Assembly: GCA_045591865.1 (NCBI GenBank)
Contig: JAZNTQ010000027.1
Coordinates: forward strand, 1 to 51,857
Reading direction: 5' to 3'
Origin: Clostridia bacterium
Lineage (GTDB): Bacteria; Bacillota; Clostridia; UMGS1883
Length of the DNA stretch: 51,857 nt
Part shown: positions 34,347 to 44,709 of the stretch, one piece after another
Numbering within the stretch: position 1 is the first letter of the stretch
How the letters are laid out: every line of letters begins with the position of its first letter
Notes under the pieces: generated by a model
Databases searched by the model: none
Seen by the model: the letters and a program-made list of their open reading frames with translations, nothing else
Told to the model about the DNA's origin: nothing
Position numbers and translations under genes: made by a program

Positions 34347-36182
34347 ATGAGCAAGCGTCAGCGTAGAAGCCTAAAAAGAATAATAGCCGCTTTTGCAGTT
34401 TTTGTAATAGCGGCTATCATTCCTAATACAATTTCTAAAATAGTGTTGCAGATGGCGACATTTCTTATCGCCGGATATGATGTTTTGCTTTCTGCAGTAA
34501 GAAAGATTTTCGGCGGGAACATTTTTGACGAGGAATTCCTTATGACACTTGCAACCGTGGGTGCCATAATTATGCAGGAGTTTTCTGAAGCTGCTATGGT
34601 AATGCTTCTTTTCCAGACGGGTGAGCTTTTTCAGAGTATCGCAGTTGGTAAAAGTCGCAAATCCATAAAAGAGCTTATGAAGATAAAGCCAGACTTTGCA
34701 ACAGTCCTGCGTGACGGTGAAGAAATAAAGCTTTCTCCCGAAAAGGTGGAAAAGGATGAACTTATCCTGGTACTTCCCGGAGAAAGAGTACCTCTTGACG
34801 GAATTATAGAGGACGGAGTCTCAAGCTTTGATTCATCGTCTCTTACGGGCGAGAGCCTTCCTGTAACACTTAACACAGGCGATAAGGCTATAAGTGGTAT
34901 GATAAATCTTGACAGCCCCGTAAAAATACGTGTAAGCGGAATTTATGCAGAAAGTACCCTGGCAAAGATTTTACATCTTGTGGAAACATCATCTGCGCAT
35001 AAGTCACAGTCAGAGAAGTTTATCACCAAGTTTTCGCGCAAGTACACACCGATTGTGTTCTTCGCAGCACTTGTTACAGCGTTTTTGCCGCCGCTTCTTT
35101 TCAATCAGCCGCTTTCGGTATGGATAAGAAGAGCACTCGTGTTTTTGGTTGTCTCGTGCCCTTGTGCGCTTGTTATATCTGTTCCGCTTTCGTTTTTTGG
35201 CGGTATCGGATCGGCATCAAAGAAGGGCATACTCATAAAAGGCTCAAGCCATCTTGAAATGCTTTCCAAAGTTAATAAAATCGCCTTTGACAAAACCGGA
35301 ACGCTTACTCACGGAGGCTTTTTCATTACAAAAATACTCCCCGAGGGCGTTAGCGAAGAGTATCTTATGGAAATAGCCGCACTTGGCGAGAGTTTCTCCA
35401 CGCACCCGATTGCGCTTTCTATAATAAAAGCGTACGGGAAGGAGATAGATAAAAATCGCGTGAGCGATGTGGTAAGTGTTGCAGGGAGTGGCATAATAGC
35501 GAGAATTGATTCGAAAGATGCTCTTTTGGGGAGCCTTGAGCTTATTAAGGAACAGGGAATAGACGTGCCGCAAATAGAAGAGCACGGAAGTATTGTCTAT
35601 ATTGCCTATGATAAAAAATATATAGGTGCGATTGTCCTTGCTGACGAGATAAAATCCGATTCCAAGGAAGCAATAGAAACCCTTAAGAAAAATGGTATCA
35701 GGCACACCGTAATGCTTACGGGTGACAATATGCTTGTAGCTCAAAAGATAGGCGAAAAGCTTTTGATTGACGAAATCCACGCGTCGCTTATGCCTGCAGA
35801 TAAGGTAGAACGAGCACTTTCTCTGAAAGAAGAAGGGGAGGGCAAACTTGCCTTTGCAGGTGACGGAATAAATGATGCCCCAGTGCTTTCCTGCGTGGAT
35901 GTGGGAATTGCTATGGGTGCACTTGGAAGTGACGCCGCGATAGAAGCGGCCGACGTTGTCATTATGAATGACTCGCTTATGGCAGTAAACGAGAGCATAA
36001 AAATCGCGAAAAAGACGATGAGAATTGTCCGCCAGAATATAATAATGTCGCTTGTTATAAAGTTTGGCGTAATGATAATGAGCACGCTAGGCTTTGATAA
36101 TATGTATGCGGCGATTTTCGCGGATGTAGGTGTGATGGTATTGGCAGTCCTTAATGCTATGCGCACTTTGAGGCTAAAATAA
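34347..36182 (+). CDS. P1B-type heavy-metal translocating ATPase (Cd/Zn/Co-type)
   Basis: 611 aa. SCPCAL transmembrane metal site, FDKTGTLT phosphorylation site, MLTGDN, GDGINDAP. Confidence 0.9.
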   Translation: MSKRQRRSLKRIIAAFAVFVIAAIIPNTISKIVLQMATFLIAGYDVLLSAVRKIFGGNIFDEEFLMTLATVGAIIMQEFSEAAMVMLLFQTGELFQSIAVGKSRKSIKELMKIKPDFATVLRDGEEIKLSPEKVEKDELILVLPGERVPLDGIIEDGVSSFDSSSLTGESLPVTLNTGDKAISGMINLDSPVKIRVSGIYAESTLAKILHLVETSSAHKSQSEKFITKFSRKYTPIVFFAALVTAFLPPLLFNQPLSVWIRRALVFLVVSCPCALVISVPLSFFGGIGSASKKGILIKGSSHLEMLSKVNKIAFDKTGTLTHGGFFITKILPEGVSEEYLMEIAALGESFSTHPIALSIIKAYGKEIDKNRVSDVVSVAGSGIIARIDSKDALLGSLELIKEQGIDVPQIEEHGSIVYIAYDKKYIGAIVLADEIKSDSKEAIETLKKNGIRHTVMLTGDNMLVAQKIGEKLLIDEIHASLMPADKVERALSLKEEGEGKLAFAGDGINDAPVLSCVDVGIAMGALGSDAAIEAADVVIMNDSLMAVNESIKIAKKTMRIVRQNIIMSLVIKFGVMIMSTLGFDNMYAAIFADVGVMVLAVLNAMRTLRLK

Positions 36183-36193
36183 AGTGAAAAAAT

Positions 36194-36223
36194 AAAAGGT
36201 GATAGCAATCGCTATCACCTTTT
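36194..36223. terminator. Bidirectional terminator between the ATPase and the convergent zinc-ribbon gene
   Basis: Stem aaaaggtgatagc (36194-36206), loop aatc, gctatcacctttt (36211-36223). Confidence 0.75.
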
Positions 36224-36253
36224 AATTATAATCTTCTCTGGTTAATAAGGAGA

Positions 36254-36523
36254 TTATTTATTCTTTGCAAAGCATTCGCTGCAGTAAACAGGTCTGTCGT
36301 CCTTGGGAACGAAAGGAACCTTTGCTTCACCGCCACATTCAGCGCAAACAGCAGTATACATTTCTCTGTTTTCTCTGAGTGATGCTTTCTTTGCAGCACG
36401 GCATTCCTTACATCTCTGAGGCTCGTTCTGGAAGCCTTTTTCAGCATAGAATTCCTGTTCGCCAGCTGTGAACACGAATTCCTGTCCGCAATCCTTGCAG
36501 ACTAAAGTCTTGTCTTCGTACAT
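36254..36523 (-). CDS. Zinc-ribbon domain protein (two CxxC...CxxC units)
   Basis: 89 aa. CKDCGQEFVFTAGEQEFYAEKGF..PQRCKECR and CAECGGEA...PVYCSECF. AAGGAGA SD. Confidence 0.72.
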   Translation of the reverse strand: MYEDKTLVCKDCGQEFVFTAGEQEFYAEKGFQNEPQRCKECRAAKKASLRENREMYTAVCAECGGEAKVPFVPKDDRPVYCSECFAKNK

Positions 36524-36600
36524 TTCTAATCTCCTTACCTTTACCTATAAAAATATTTTCACCCTTTTCGGTTATCACGCCGATATGGGCATATAGCATT

Positions 36601-37236
36601 TTAATTGTCAGACGCAATTTTTTCAAACTTTTTCTTTATGCGTTGAAGTGCATTATCGACTGATTTTGGTGATTTACCGATTTCTTTTCCGATATCGGCA
36701 TAGCTCTTTCCCTGAAGATAAAGCGAAAGAACGTGAAGCTCAAAATCTGAAAGAAGGCGCGACATCTCAAGTCCGAGCGTATCCGCTTTTTCTTTTTCAA
36801 GAAGTATTTCTTCTGGATTTGAGCCTTTGGCTTGTCCCAAAATATCAGCCAGTGTAGAATCATCATCACCATCGGTGACGGATTTATTTAACGAAACATA
36901 AAAATTAAGAGGTGCATGCTTTTGTCTGCTGGCATTCTTAACAGCTGTGAGAATCTGCCTTGTAACGCAAACATCTGCAAATGTCCTGAATGTTACACCG
37001 CGCTCACTGCTGAAGTCTCTGACCGCCTTAAACAGACCAATCATACCCTCCTGAATTATGTCATCTCTATCAGCGCCTGCAATATAATACGAAAGAGATT
37101 TGTTGCGTACATAGACGAAATACTTTCCAAGTAAGTAGTCAAGCGCCCTGTCATTACCGTGCTGTGCCAAGCTAACTAAATCTTCATCGCTGAATGAGGC
37201 GAAGTTTTTATTTGATATGTTATTCACACAACTCAC
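36601..37236 (-). CDS. sigH: RNA polymerase sigma factor SigH (sporulation-initiation type, sigma-70 family)
   Basis: 211 aa. Region 2 DIIQEGMIGLFKAVRDF...FRTFA, region 4 HTH SYADIGKEIGKSPKSVDNALQRIKKK. The NDRALDYLLGKY start is typical of Spo0H. The start may be GTG 37227 instead of GTG 37236. Confidence 0.82.
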   Translation of the reverse strand: MSCVNNISNKNFASFSDEDLVSLAQHGNDRALDYLLGKYFVYVRNKSLSYYIAGADRDDIIQEGMIGLFKAVRDFSSERGVTFRTFADVCVTRQILTAVKNASRQKHAPLNFYVSLNKSVTDGDDDSTLADILGQAKGSNPEEILLEKEKADTLGLEMSRLLSDFELHVLSLYLQGKSYADIGKEIGKSPKSVDNALQRIKKKFEKIASDN

Positions 37237-37251
37237 CCCACCATATATTTG

Positions 37252-37280
37252 ATTATATCAATCTAAATAAGTGTTGTCAA
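37252..37280 (-). promoter_or_regulatory. Consensus sigma-A promoter of sigH
   Basis: Minus strand: TTGACA (37280-37275), 17-nt spacer, TATAAT (37257-37252), with an upstream TG. Confidence 0.6.
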
Positions 37281-37284
37281 GGGC

Positions 37285-37332
37285 AAAAATGCAGTAAATT
37301 GCACAACCAGAGACAATTTACTGCACTTTTTT
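37285..37332 (-). terminator. Intrinsic terminator after ftsK
   Basis: Minus strand: tgcagtaaattg, a 12-nt loop, caatttactgca, then ttttt. Confidence 0.7.
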
Positions 37333-37371
37333 TGTCGAAAATTACCAAAAAATCTGCAAAATGGGATTTTA

Positions 37372-39816
37372 TCAATCTTCTATATTATTAAGCATCATTT
37401 CCTGAAATTCATTCCTGCTCATTATAACCTTACGGGGTTTACTGCCCTCGTGAGGACCAATAACACCTCTCTCCTCAAGCTGGTCTATAAGCCTTCCTGC
37501 ACGGGAGTAGCCTACCTTGAGTTTCCTCTGGAGAAGTGACGCACTTGCCTGACCAAGCTCAACGACAATTTCCATAGCCTGCGGAAGAAGGTCATCTGCA
37601 TCTGAATCATCTGCGCTTGTATGGTCTTCTACGCCATTTTCAATATGCTCGATTATATCTTCGTTGTAGTGAGCAGAGGAATCAGATTTAATAAATTCAA
37701 CAATTCTTTCAATTTCCTTGTCTGATACAAACGCACCCTGAAGACGTTTCGGCTTGCTTGCACCCATAGGAAGGAAGAGCATATCGCCCTTACCAAGAAG
37801 CTTTTCTGCACCACCCATATCAAGGATGGTACGGCTGTCTATCTGGCTTGAAACGCTGAATGCGATTCTGCTTGGTACGTTAGCCTTGATAAGACCTGTA
37901 ATTACGTCAACGCTTGGACGCTGTGTAGCAATCACAAGGTGCATACCTGCGGCTCTTGCCATCTGTGCAAGACGACAGATAGAGTCTTCAACCTCGTGAG
38001 GGGAAACCATCATAAGGTCTGCAAGCTCGTCAATTACTATAACAATCTGCTCAAGGAGTCTGTCGCCGCTTAATGCCGCGTATTCGTTATAACCCTTGAT
38101 ATCGCGCACATTAGCAGTTGCAAACATACTGTAGCGCTTAACCATTTCCTGTACTGCCCAGTTAAGTGCACCTGCGGCGCGTCTGGGGTCTGTTACAACA
38201 GGAATGAGAAGGTGGGGAATACCATTATATACCCCAAGCTCAACAACCTTGGGGTCTATAAGTATAAGCTTTACTTCATTGGGGTCTGCCTTGTAGAGAA
38301 TACTTGTGATAAGAGAGTTTATGCACACACTCTTACCGCTACCCGTAGCACCTGCAATAAGCATATGGGGCATTTTTGAAATATCGCTTACAATAGGCTG
38401 ACCTGAAATATCCTTACCCATAGCAAAGGCAGTTTTTGAACCGAATTTTCTGAATTCGTCACTGTCGATAACATCGCGCAAGGGCACCATGGATGTACTC
38501 TTATTGGGAATTTCAATTCCGACTGCAGCTTTTCCAGGGATAGGCGCTTCGATTCTTACGCCGAATGCCGCAAGATTAAGCGCAATATCATCGGCGAGAT
38601 TTACGATTTTACTTACCTTGACACCTGCGGAGGGCTGAAGCTCAAATCTCGTTACGCTCGGCCCTTTGCTTACCTCAAGCACCTTTGCCTCAACACCGAA
38701 GCTTGCAAGGGTGTCAACAAGCTTTTTAGCCTGTGTGCGAAGGTCTTCAGGCTTGTCCTGATTCCCCGAGGGGGCTTTTGCCTTCATAAGCAAATCAATA
38801 GGGGGGAAGGTGTATTCTATATAATCGGTTTCGATTTCGTCATCGGTAACTTCGATGGGCGTTGTGTCCGCCTTTTCCTCTTCTACTCCACCCGATTCTT
38901 CCATAGCCATCTTCTTTATGTCTTCGGGGATTTCAACCTTTTCTGCAGATGTAATATCCTCTGCCTTCTTGTCATTTTTGTCCCCGTAAAGATTTATCTT
39001 GAATTCCGCCTGACCCGAGGGAGTATCGGTGATGATTTTGGGAGTATCTCCCTCTTTTTTCGCTTTACGGGAGGGAGATTTCTTTTCTTCAACTCCATTA
39101 ATTTTGATTGAGCTGTCCTCATCAATTTGTTCATCTTTTGCACTTGAAACAAAGTCAGAAAGAGAACCTGTAATAAACTTTATAAACCTTACAATAGGCT
39201 GTGTGCCTATTACTACCACAAACGAGCAGAGCACGAGTGCTACAAGAATAACACAAGTGCCTACCGAAGAAACAAGCGTCTTAAGCGGAAGGGCAATAAG
39301 AGCACCTATTATACCGCCAGACTGATAGTATTTGCTGCTGTCAAGCACGCTTCCTATCACGGATGAAATGCTGCCTGCGAAAAGCTCGCTCTCGCAAGCG
39401 GCGTAGTAGATAGTGTGGAGTGCTGCTATACAGATAATGCCTATAGATGTGAAAACATAGCGATGCTTATGCGGAGTAAGAGTACCTTTTATAAAAAGGT
39501 GAAGCGTCCCCACGAAAAATAGCGCAGGGAGAGTAAAGCACATACTTCCAAGGAAAATTCTGCCTACAGCCTTCAAAAATTCTCCCACAATACCAAAAGC
39601 GTTGAAATAATATGAGAGAATCAGAATAATAGTCGTTGCGCAGAGGCATATCAGGCGAATCTCTTTAGAAGGATATTTTGCAGATGAAGCCTTTTTCGTA
39701 GAACGCGCAGGTGCGGATTTGGAAGGTGAAGAAGGCCTTCTGGAAGCGAGCTTCTTTCCCGATGGAGAGAGATTCTTTTTAGAACTTGAAGTTTTCTTTG
39801 TAGAAGATTTTGCCAT
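37372..39816 (-). CDS. ftsK: DNA translocase FtsK/SpoIIIE
   Basis: 814 aa. Basic S/K-rich N-terminus, 4-5 TM helices, acidic linker, motor domain (Walker A GATGSGKS, Walker B IVIDELADL) and a C-terminal winged-helix gamma domain. Confidence 0.93.
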   Translation of the reverse strand: MAKSSTKKTSSSKKNLSPSGKKLASRRPSSPSKSAPARSTKKASSAKYPSKEIRLICLCATTIILILSYYFNAFGIVGEFLKAVGRIFLGSMCFTLPALFFVGTLHLFIKGTLTPHKHRYVFTSIGIICIAALHTIYYAACESELFAGSISSVIGSVLDSSKYYQSGGIIGALIALPLKTLVSSVGTCVILVALVLCSFVVVIGTQPIVRFIKFITGSLSDFVSSAKDEQIDEDSSIKINGVEEKKSPSRKAKKEGDTPKIITDTPSGQAEFKINLYGDKNDKKAEDITSAEKVEIPEDIKKMAMEESGGVEEEKADTTPIEVTDDEIETDYIEYTFPPIDLLMKAKAPSGNQDKPEDLRTQAKKLVDTLASFGVEAKVLEVSKGPSVTRFELQPSAGVKVSKIVNLADDIALNLAAFGVRIEAPIPGKAAVGIEIPNKSTSMVPLRDVIDSDEFRKFGSKTAFAMGKDISGQPIVSDISKMPHMLIAGATGSGKSVCINSLITSILYKADPNEVKLILIDPKVVELGVYNGIPHLLIPVVTDPRRAAGALNWAVQEMVKRYSMFATANVRDIKGYNEYAALSGDRLLEQIVIVIDELADLMMVSPHEVEDSICRLAQMARAAGMHLVIATQRPSVDVITGLIKANVPSRIAFSVSSQIDSRTILDMGGAEKLLGKGDMLFLPMGASKPKRLQGAFVSDKEIERIVEFIKSDSSAHYNEDIIEHIENGVEDHTSADDSDADDLLPQAMEIVVELGQASASLLQRKLKVGYSRAGRLIDQLEERGVIGPHEGSKPRKVIMSRNEFQEMMLNNIED

Positions 39817-39831
39817 TATCTTTGCATTCCT

Positions 39832-40665
39832 TTATATAGTGAAATTAAGTACAATAGCGATTATACCTGCAATAGTGCAGTAGATTGAAAAGTAAGAAAG
39901 CTTACTTTTTTCTACGATTTTAAGAAGAAACTTTATTGCAAAGTAACCGCTTATTGCGGCAGTTAACATACCAACTGCAACGGGAAGGAGAGAAAGTGTC
40001 TGCGAAGTAGCGCTAAACATATCCTTTATATCAAGCACGAGTGCTCCCAGTATTGCGGGGATTGACATAAGGAATGAAAATCTTACTGCTGTAGCCTTAT
40101 TAAGTCCACAGAAGAGACCGCCAACTATTGTACTACCGCTTCTGCTTATACCGGGGAGAGTTCCAAGTCCCTGAAATAATCCTACGCAGAATGCACGCTT
40201 TACAGACATTTTTTCAATATCAATATTTCCGCCCGCAAGCTTCTCGCTGAGGAAGAGAAGGATTGCAGTTATAATGAGGAATATACCAATCTGCCAGAGT
40301 GCAGGATTTTCGATAATATCACCAAGAAGTAGTGCCGCAACTACTGCAGGAAGCGTTGCAGCGATGAGCATTATGATAAGTCTTCGGTATGTAAATTCAG
40401 AAAGTCTTAAGCCTTTTCCCTTACACACATCGCCAATCATTGCGAAAAATGCTTTTATCATTTCCCAGATGTCATTCTTGTAAACTATAAATACTGCTAC
40501 AAGAGTTGCCACGTGGAGAAGAATATTAAAAGATAAAAGATTGTCTGCTTCGGGATTCATTCTCATAAGCTTTCCTGCTATAGCAAGGTGTCCCGATGAT
40601 GAGATCGGTAAGAATTCGCTTATTCCCTGAATAAGACCAAGTATAAACGCTTTAATGACGGACAT
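39832..40665 (-). CDS. uppP: Undecaprenyl-diphosphate phosphatase
   Basis: LGLIQGISEFLPISSSGHL and PGISRSGSTI motifs. Start re-set to the ATG at 40665, after AGGAGGA. Confidence 0.92.
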   Translation of the reverse strand: MSVIKAFILGLIQGISEFLPISSSGHLAIAGKLMRMNPEADNLLSFNILLHVATLVAVFIVYKNDIWEMIKAFFAMIGDVCKGKGLRLSEFTYRRLIIMLIAATLPAVVAALLLGDIIENPALWQIGIFLIITAILLFLSEKLAGGNIDIEKMSVKRAFCVGLFQGLGTLPGISRSGSTIVGGLFCGLNKATAVRFSFLMSIPAILGALVLDIKDMFSATSQTLSLLPVAVGMLTAAISGYFAIKFLLKIVEKSKLSYFSIYCTIAGIIAIVLNFTI

Positions 40666-40785
40666 ACACAATCCTCCTATGATACAATACTATATATATT
40701 CTACCATATAAAGGGAGAAAAATCTACCCTTTTTTTTACTGACCTTGGCAAATTGTCCGATCCTCAAAAAACGAGCCCAAATCGG

Positions 40786-40814
40786 TTGACAACACTGCTG
40801 AAAAAAGGTATAAT
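40786..40814 (+). promoter_or_regulatory. Perfect-consensus sigma-A promoter of alaS
   Basis: TTGACA (40786-40791), exactly 17 nt, TATAAT (40809-40814). Confidence 0.65.
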
Positions 40815-40839
40815 GATAAATTGTAAAGGAGTGTTCATA

Positions 40840-43479
40840 ATGGAAAAACTTGGACTCAACGAAATACGCGAAAGATACTTAAAATTCTTCGAAAGTAAAG
40901 GACATTTGAGACTGCCGTCATTCCCGCTTGTTCCGCAGAATGACAACAGGCTGCTTCTTATAAATGCAGGTATGGCTCCTCTTAAGCCCTATTTCACAGG
41001 CAAGGAGATTCCTCCGAGAAACAGAGTTACTACCTGCCAGAAATGTATCCGTACACCTGATATTGAGCGTGTTGGTAAGACTGCACGCCACGGTACATTC
41101 TTCGAAATGCTCGGTAACTTCTCGTTTGGTGATTACTTTAAGCACGAAGCAACTGCTTGGGCATGGGAGTTTGTTACAAAGGAACTTGGACTCCCCGAGG
41201 ACAAGGTTTATATCACAGTTTACGAGGATGACGATGAAGCAATCGAAATCTGGACAAAGGAAGTTGGAGTAGACCCCTCTCACATCTCAAGAATGGGTAA
41301 AGAGGACAACTTCTGGGAAATCGGTCAGGGCCCCTGCGGACCTTGCAGCGAGCTTTATTTCGACCGTGGTGAAAAGTATGGTTGTGGCTCTCCTGATTGT
41401 AAGGTTGGATGTGAGTGTGATAGATTCGTAGAATTCTGGAACCTCGTATTCACACAGTTTGACAAGGATGAAAACGGCGTTTATAATCGCCTTGCAAATC
41501 CCAATATCGACACAGGTATGGGACTTGAAAGAATGGCAGTTATTATGCAGGATGTAAATAATCTCTTTGAGGTTGATACTATCCGCAATATTATGATTGA
41601 AATCAGCAGGGTTGCAAAGGTTAACTATGGAGAAGGAGAGAAGAGTGATATCTCGCTTCGAGTAATCACCGACCATATCAGAAGTACTACCTTTATGGTG
41701 TGTGACGGTGTATCTCCTTCTAATGAAGGTCGCGGCTATGTTCTTCGCCGTCTTTTAAGACGCGCCGCAAGACACGGAAAGCTCCTCGGTATTGAGGGTA
41801 CATTCCTCTATGAAATTGCAGACACTGTTATCCGCGAGTCAAAGGGTGCTTACCCCCAGCTTGAAGAAAAGCAGGATTATATAAAGAAAGTAATAAAGAA
41901 AGAGGAAGAAAGCTTCGCGCAGACAATTGACCGCGGACTTTCCATTCTTGAAGAAAAAATTGCTGACCTTGAAGAGAGTGGCAAAAAGACTCTTTCTGGC
42001 GAAGATGCGTTCCGTCTTAATGACACATATGGTTTCCCCATTGACCTTACAGAAGAAATTCTTCAGGAAAAGGGACTCTCTGTTGACAGAGATGCATTTG
42101 ACAAGCTTCTCCTTGAGCAGAAAACACGTTCAAGAGAGGGCAGAAATGTTGGAGACGAGGCAGCTTGGAGCGAGGATATTTATCAGACTCTCGGAAAAGA
42201 TATTAAAACCCAGTTTATAGGTTATGATAATAATGAGTGCGACGCCGAAATCACAGTTATCGTGAAAGACGGACAGGTTGCCGAAAGCGTTTCTGACGGT
42301 GAAAATGCAGTTATTATCCTTGATAAGACCGTTATCTACGGTGAAAGTGGCGGACAGATGGGTGACAACGGTGAAATAATCGGTGAAGGCTTTAAGATGG
42401 CAGTTAAAGATGCCAAGAAGCTCGGAGACGGAAAGATTCTTCACCACGTTGAAGTTCTTGAAGGCTCGGCTTCAAAGGGCGATAAGGTAAAAGTATCTAT
42501 CGACACAAAGAAGAGAATGGCAACTGCAAGAAATCATTCAACAACACATCTTCTCCAGAAGGCGCTTCGCGAGGTGCTCGGCAGTCATATCGAGCAGGCA
42601 GGCAGCTACGTTGACGAAAACAGACTCCGCTTTGACTTCTCTCATTTTGAAGCAGTTTCAAAAGAGAAGCTGCAGGAAGTTGAAAACAAGGTGAATGCTG
42701 CAATTCTTGCGGCATATCCCATTGATATTAAGAATATGTCAATCGCCGAAGCAAAGGCGCAGGGTGCTATGGCACTCTTCGGCGAAAAGTACGGCGATAC
42801 TGTACGCGTTGTAAATATGGGCGGTTATTCAATCGAGCTTTGCGGCGGCTCACACCTTAAGAATACTGCAGAGGCTGGTCTCTGCAAGATTCTTTCAGAG
42901 AGCGGTGTTGCAGCAGGCGTAAGACGTATAGAGGCAGTAACAGGCGAGGGAGTTCTTCGTTATATCGAAGAAAAGAATGCTATCATCACAAATACTGCGG
43001 CGGCTCTTAAAACAACAGAGGGAGAGCTTGTTCATCGCGCAGAAGCAATTGCAAATGAAAACCGCGAGCAGCAGAAGAAGCTTGAACAGGTCGAAGCAAA
43101 AATGGCAAGTGCCAAGGCAAACGATATTATGTCAGGAGTAAAGCATATCGGCGACATTAACCTTATCGTTGCACAGATGGATGGCTCAACTGTTGACAAT
43201 ATAAGAAAGACTGGCGATGCAATCAAGGAGAAAACTCCTATGTGCGTATGCGTATTTGCCGCAAATACCGATGGCAAGATTTCCTTTATCGCAATGGCAG
43301 GCGCTGATGCAGTAGCAAAGGGCGTTCATTGTGGCAAGATTATTAAGGAAATCACGCTGGTTGCAGGCGGCAGCGGCGGCGGTAAGCCCGACAGTGCACA
43401 GGGCGGCGGTAAGGACGCCTCCAAGATTGACGATGCATTGGCACTCGTTGACGAAATCGTTAAGGCACAAATAGGTTAA
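40840..43479 (+). CDS. alaS: Alanyl-tRNA synthetase
   Basis: 880 aa. MEKLGLNEIRERYLKFFESKGH, FTNAGM-like (LINAGMAP), editing-domain HSTTHLL / CGGSH motifs and a C-terminal DHHA1-like GGGKP. Start re-set to the ATG at 40840, after AAAGGAG. Confidence 0.96.
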   Translation: MEKLGLNEIRERYLKFFESKGHLRLPSFPLVPQNDNRLLLINAGMAPLKPYFTGKEIPPRNRVTTCQKCIRTPDIERVGKTARHGTFFEMLGNFSFGDYFKHEATAWAWEFVTKELGLPEDKVYITVYEDDDEAIEIWTKEVGVDPSHISRMGKEDNFWEIGQGPCGPCSELYFDRGEKYGCGSPDCKVGCECDRFVEFWNLVFTQFDKDENGVYNRLANPNIDTGMGLERMAVIMQDVNNLFEVDTIRNIMIEISRVAKVNYGEGEKSDISLRVITDHIRSTTFMVCDGVSPSNEGRGYVLRRLLRRAARHGKLLGIEGTFLYEIADTVIRESKGAYPQLEEKQDYIKKVIKKEEESFAQTIDRGLSILEEKIADLEESGKKTLSGEDAFRLNDTYGFPIDLTEEILQEKGLSVDRDAFDKLLLEQKTRSREGRNVGDEAAWSEDIYQTLGKDIKTQFIGYDNNECDAEITVIVKDGQVAESVSDGENAVIILDKTVIYGESGGQMGDNGEIIGEGFKMAVKDAKKLGDGKILHHVEVLEGSASKGDKVKVSIDTKKRMATARNHSTTHLLQKALREVLGSHIEQAGSYVDENRLRFDFSHFEAVSKEKLQEVENKVNAAILAAYPIDIKNMSIAEAKAQGAMALFGEKYGDTVRVVNMGGYSIELCGGSHLKNTAEAGLCKILSESGVAAGVRRIEAVTGEGVLRYIEEKNAIITNTAAALKTTEGELVHRAEAIANENREQQKKLEQVEAKMASAKANDIMSGVKHIGDINLIVAQMDGSTVDNIRKTGDAIKEKTPMCVCVFAANTDGKISFIAMAGADAVAKGVHCGKIIKEITLVAGGSGGGKPDSAQGGGKDASKIDDALALVDEIVKAQIG

Positions 43480-43491
43480 GGAAGTGTAATT

Positions 43492-43833
43492 ATGGATTGT
43501 TTATTCTGTAAGATAGCAAAGGGTGAAATCCCCTCTGCAAAGGTGTATGAGGATGATAAGGTATTTGCATTCCGCGATATTGAGCCTCAGGCACCGGTTC
43601 ATATTCTTATTATCCCAAAAGAGCATATTAAATGCGCAAATGAGATAAATGAGGAAAACTGCGCCATTGTAGGTCATATATTCTCTGTTGCAGCAAAAAT
43701 TGCAGAGCAGGAAGGTATAGCAGAAGACGGATACCGCATTGTAAATAACTGCGGTGAGGGCGGCGGACAGACAGTAGGCCATCTTCATTTCCATATGCTT
43801 GGCGGACGCGCTCTTGCATGGCCTCCGGGATAA
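43492..43833 (+). CDS. HIT-family (Hint-like) nucleotide hydrolase
   Basis: 113 aa. CLFCKIAKGEIPS and the histidine triad HLHFHMLGG. Confidence 0.9.
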   Translation: MDCLFCKIAKGEIPSAKVYEDDKVFAFRDIEPQAPVHILIIPKEHIKCANEINEENCAIVGHIFSVAAKIAEQEGIAEDGYRIVNNCGEGGGQTVGHLHFHMLGGRALAWPPG

Positions 43834-43874
43834 TTGCGGATGACAAGATCATCCTTTCGCGACGAAAGTTTTAC

Positions 43875-43909
43875 AGTATTGCAGCGACACCATCGCTGCA
43901 ATACTTTTA
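43875..43909 (+). terminator. Intrinsic terminator after the HIT gene
   Basis: 13-bp stem, agtattgcagcga (43875-43887) with tcgctgcaatact (43893-43905), followed by ttttat. Confidence 0.7.
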
Positions 43910-43926
43910 TAGAAAGAAGTTTTAGT

Positions 43927-44709
43927 ATGAGAAAAATTATAGATTTTCACGCACATATATTTAATCCCAAGATTGCCCACCTTGCAATAGCAAACCTTGA
44001 GCATCACTACGGTATGCCATGGGAGTGCCTCGGCACATTCACCGATATGCGTGAAGAAATGGAAAAGTCAGGTTTTTACAGAGCAGTTATATTTTCTACT
44101 CCCACAAAGCCTACGCAGGTCGTGATAAATAACGATTTCCTCTTCGATTTAAGAGATGAGCGATTTATAGTATTCGGCTCTGTTCATCCCGATTTTGAGG
44201 ACGTGAAAAATGAAATTCAGCGTATAAAAAATCATGGTCTAAAGGGATTTAAGTTTCACCCCGATTTTCAGGCGTTTAATATCGATGACGATAAGGCTCT
44301 CTTTATGTATGATGAAATCGGAAACGACTATCCGATAGTGCTTCACGTAGGGGATAAGAAGCTTGATTTTTCAAATCCCGAGCGTCTTTCAAAAGTGCTT
44401 GAAAAATTCCCCGAACATAAATTTATTGCGGCTCATATGGGTGGCTACAGTGTGTGGGATAAAGAGGCTAAATATCTTGTCGGTAAAAACGTGTGGTTTG
44501 ACACTTCAAGCACTCTGTGGGAAGTTGCGCCTGAAAAAATGGTTGATATGATTCGTGCCCACGGAGTAGATAGAGTGCTTTTCGGCAGTGATTACCCTGC
44601 AATCTCGCTTATGAGAGAGGCAGAGAAAATCGAGGCACTTTCGCTTACGGAAGAAGAAAAAGAAAAGATATTTTATACCAATGCAAAAAACTTATTGGAG
44701 TTGGAATAA
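43927..44709 (+). CDS. TIM-barrel metal-dependent hydrolase (amidohydrolase-2 type)
   Basis: MRKIIDFHAHIF, FGSVHP, FKFHP, LHVG, AHMGG and FGSDYP motifs. Start re-set to the ATG at 43927. The track ORF reads through the upstream terminator. Confidence 0.75.
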   Translation: MRKIIDFHAHIFNPKIAHLAIANLEHHYGMPWECLGTFTDMREEMEKSGFYRAVIFSTPTKPTQVVINNDFLFDLRDERFIVFGSVHPDFEDVKNEIQRIKNHGLKGFKFHPDFQAFNIDDDKALFMYDEIGNDYPIVLHVGDKKLDFSNPERLSKVLEKFPEHKFIAAHMGGYSVWDKEAKYLVGKNVWFDTSSTLWEVAPEKMVDMIRAHGVDRVLFGSDYPAISLMREAEKIEALSLTEEEKEKIFYTNAKNLLELE

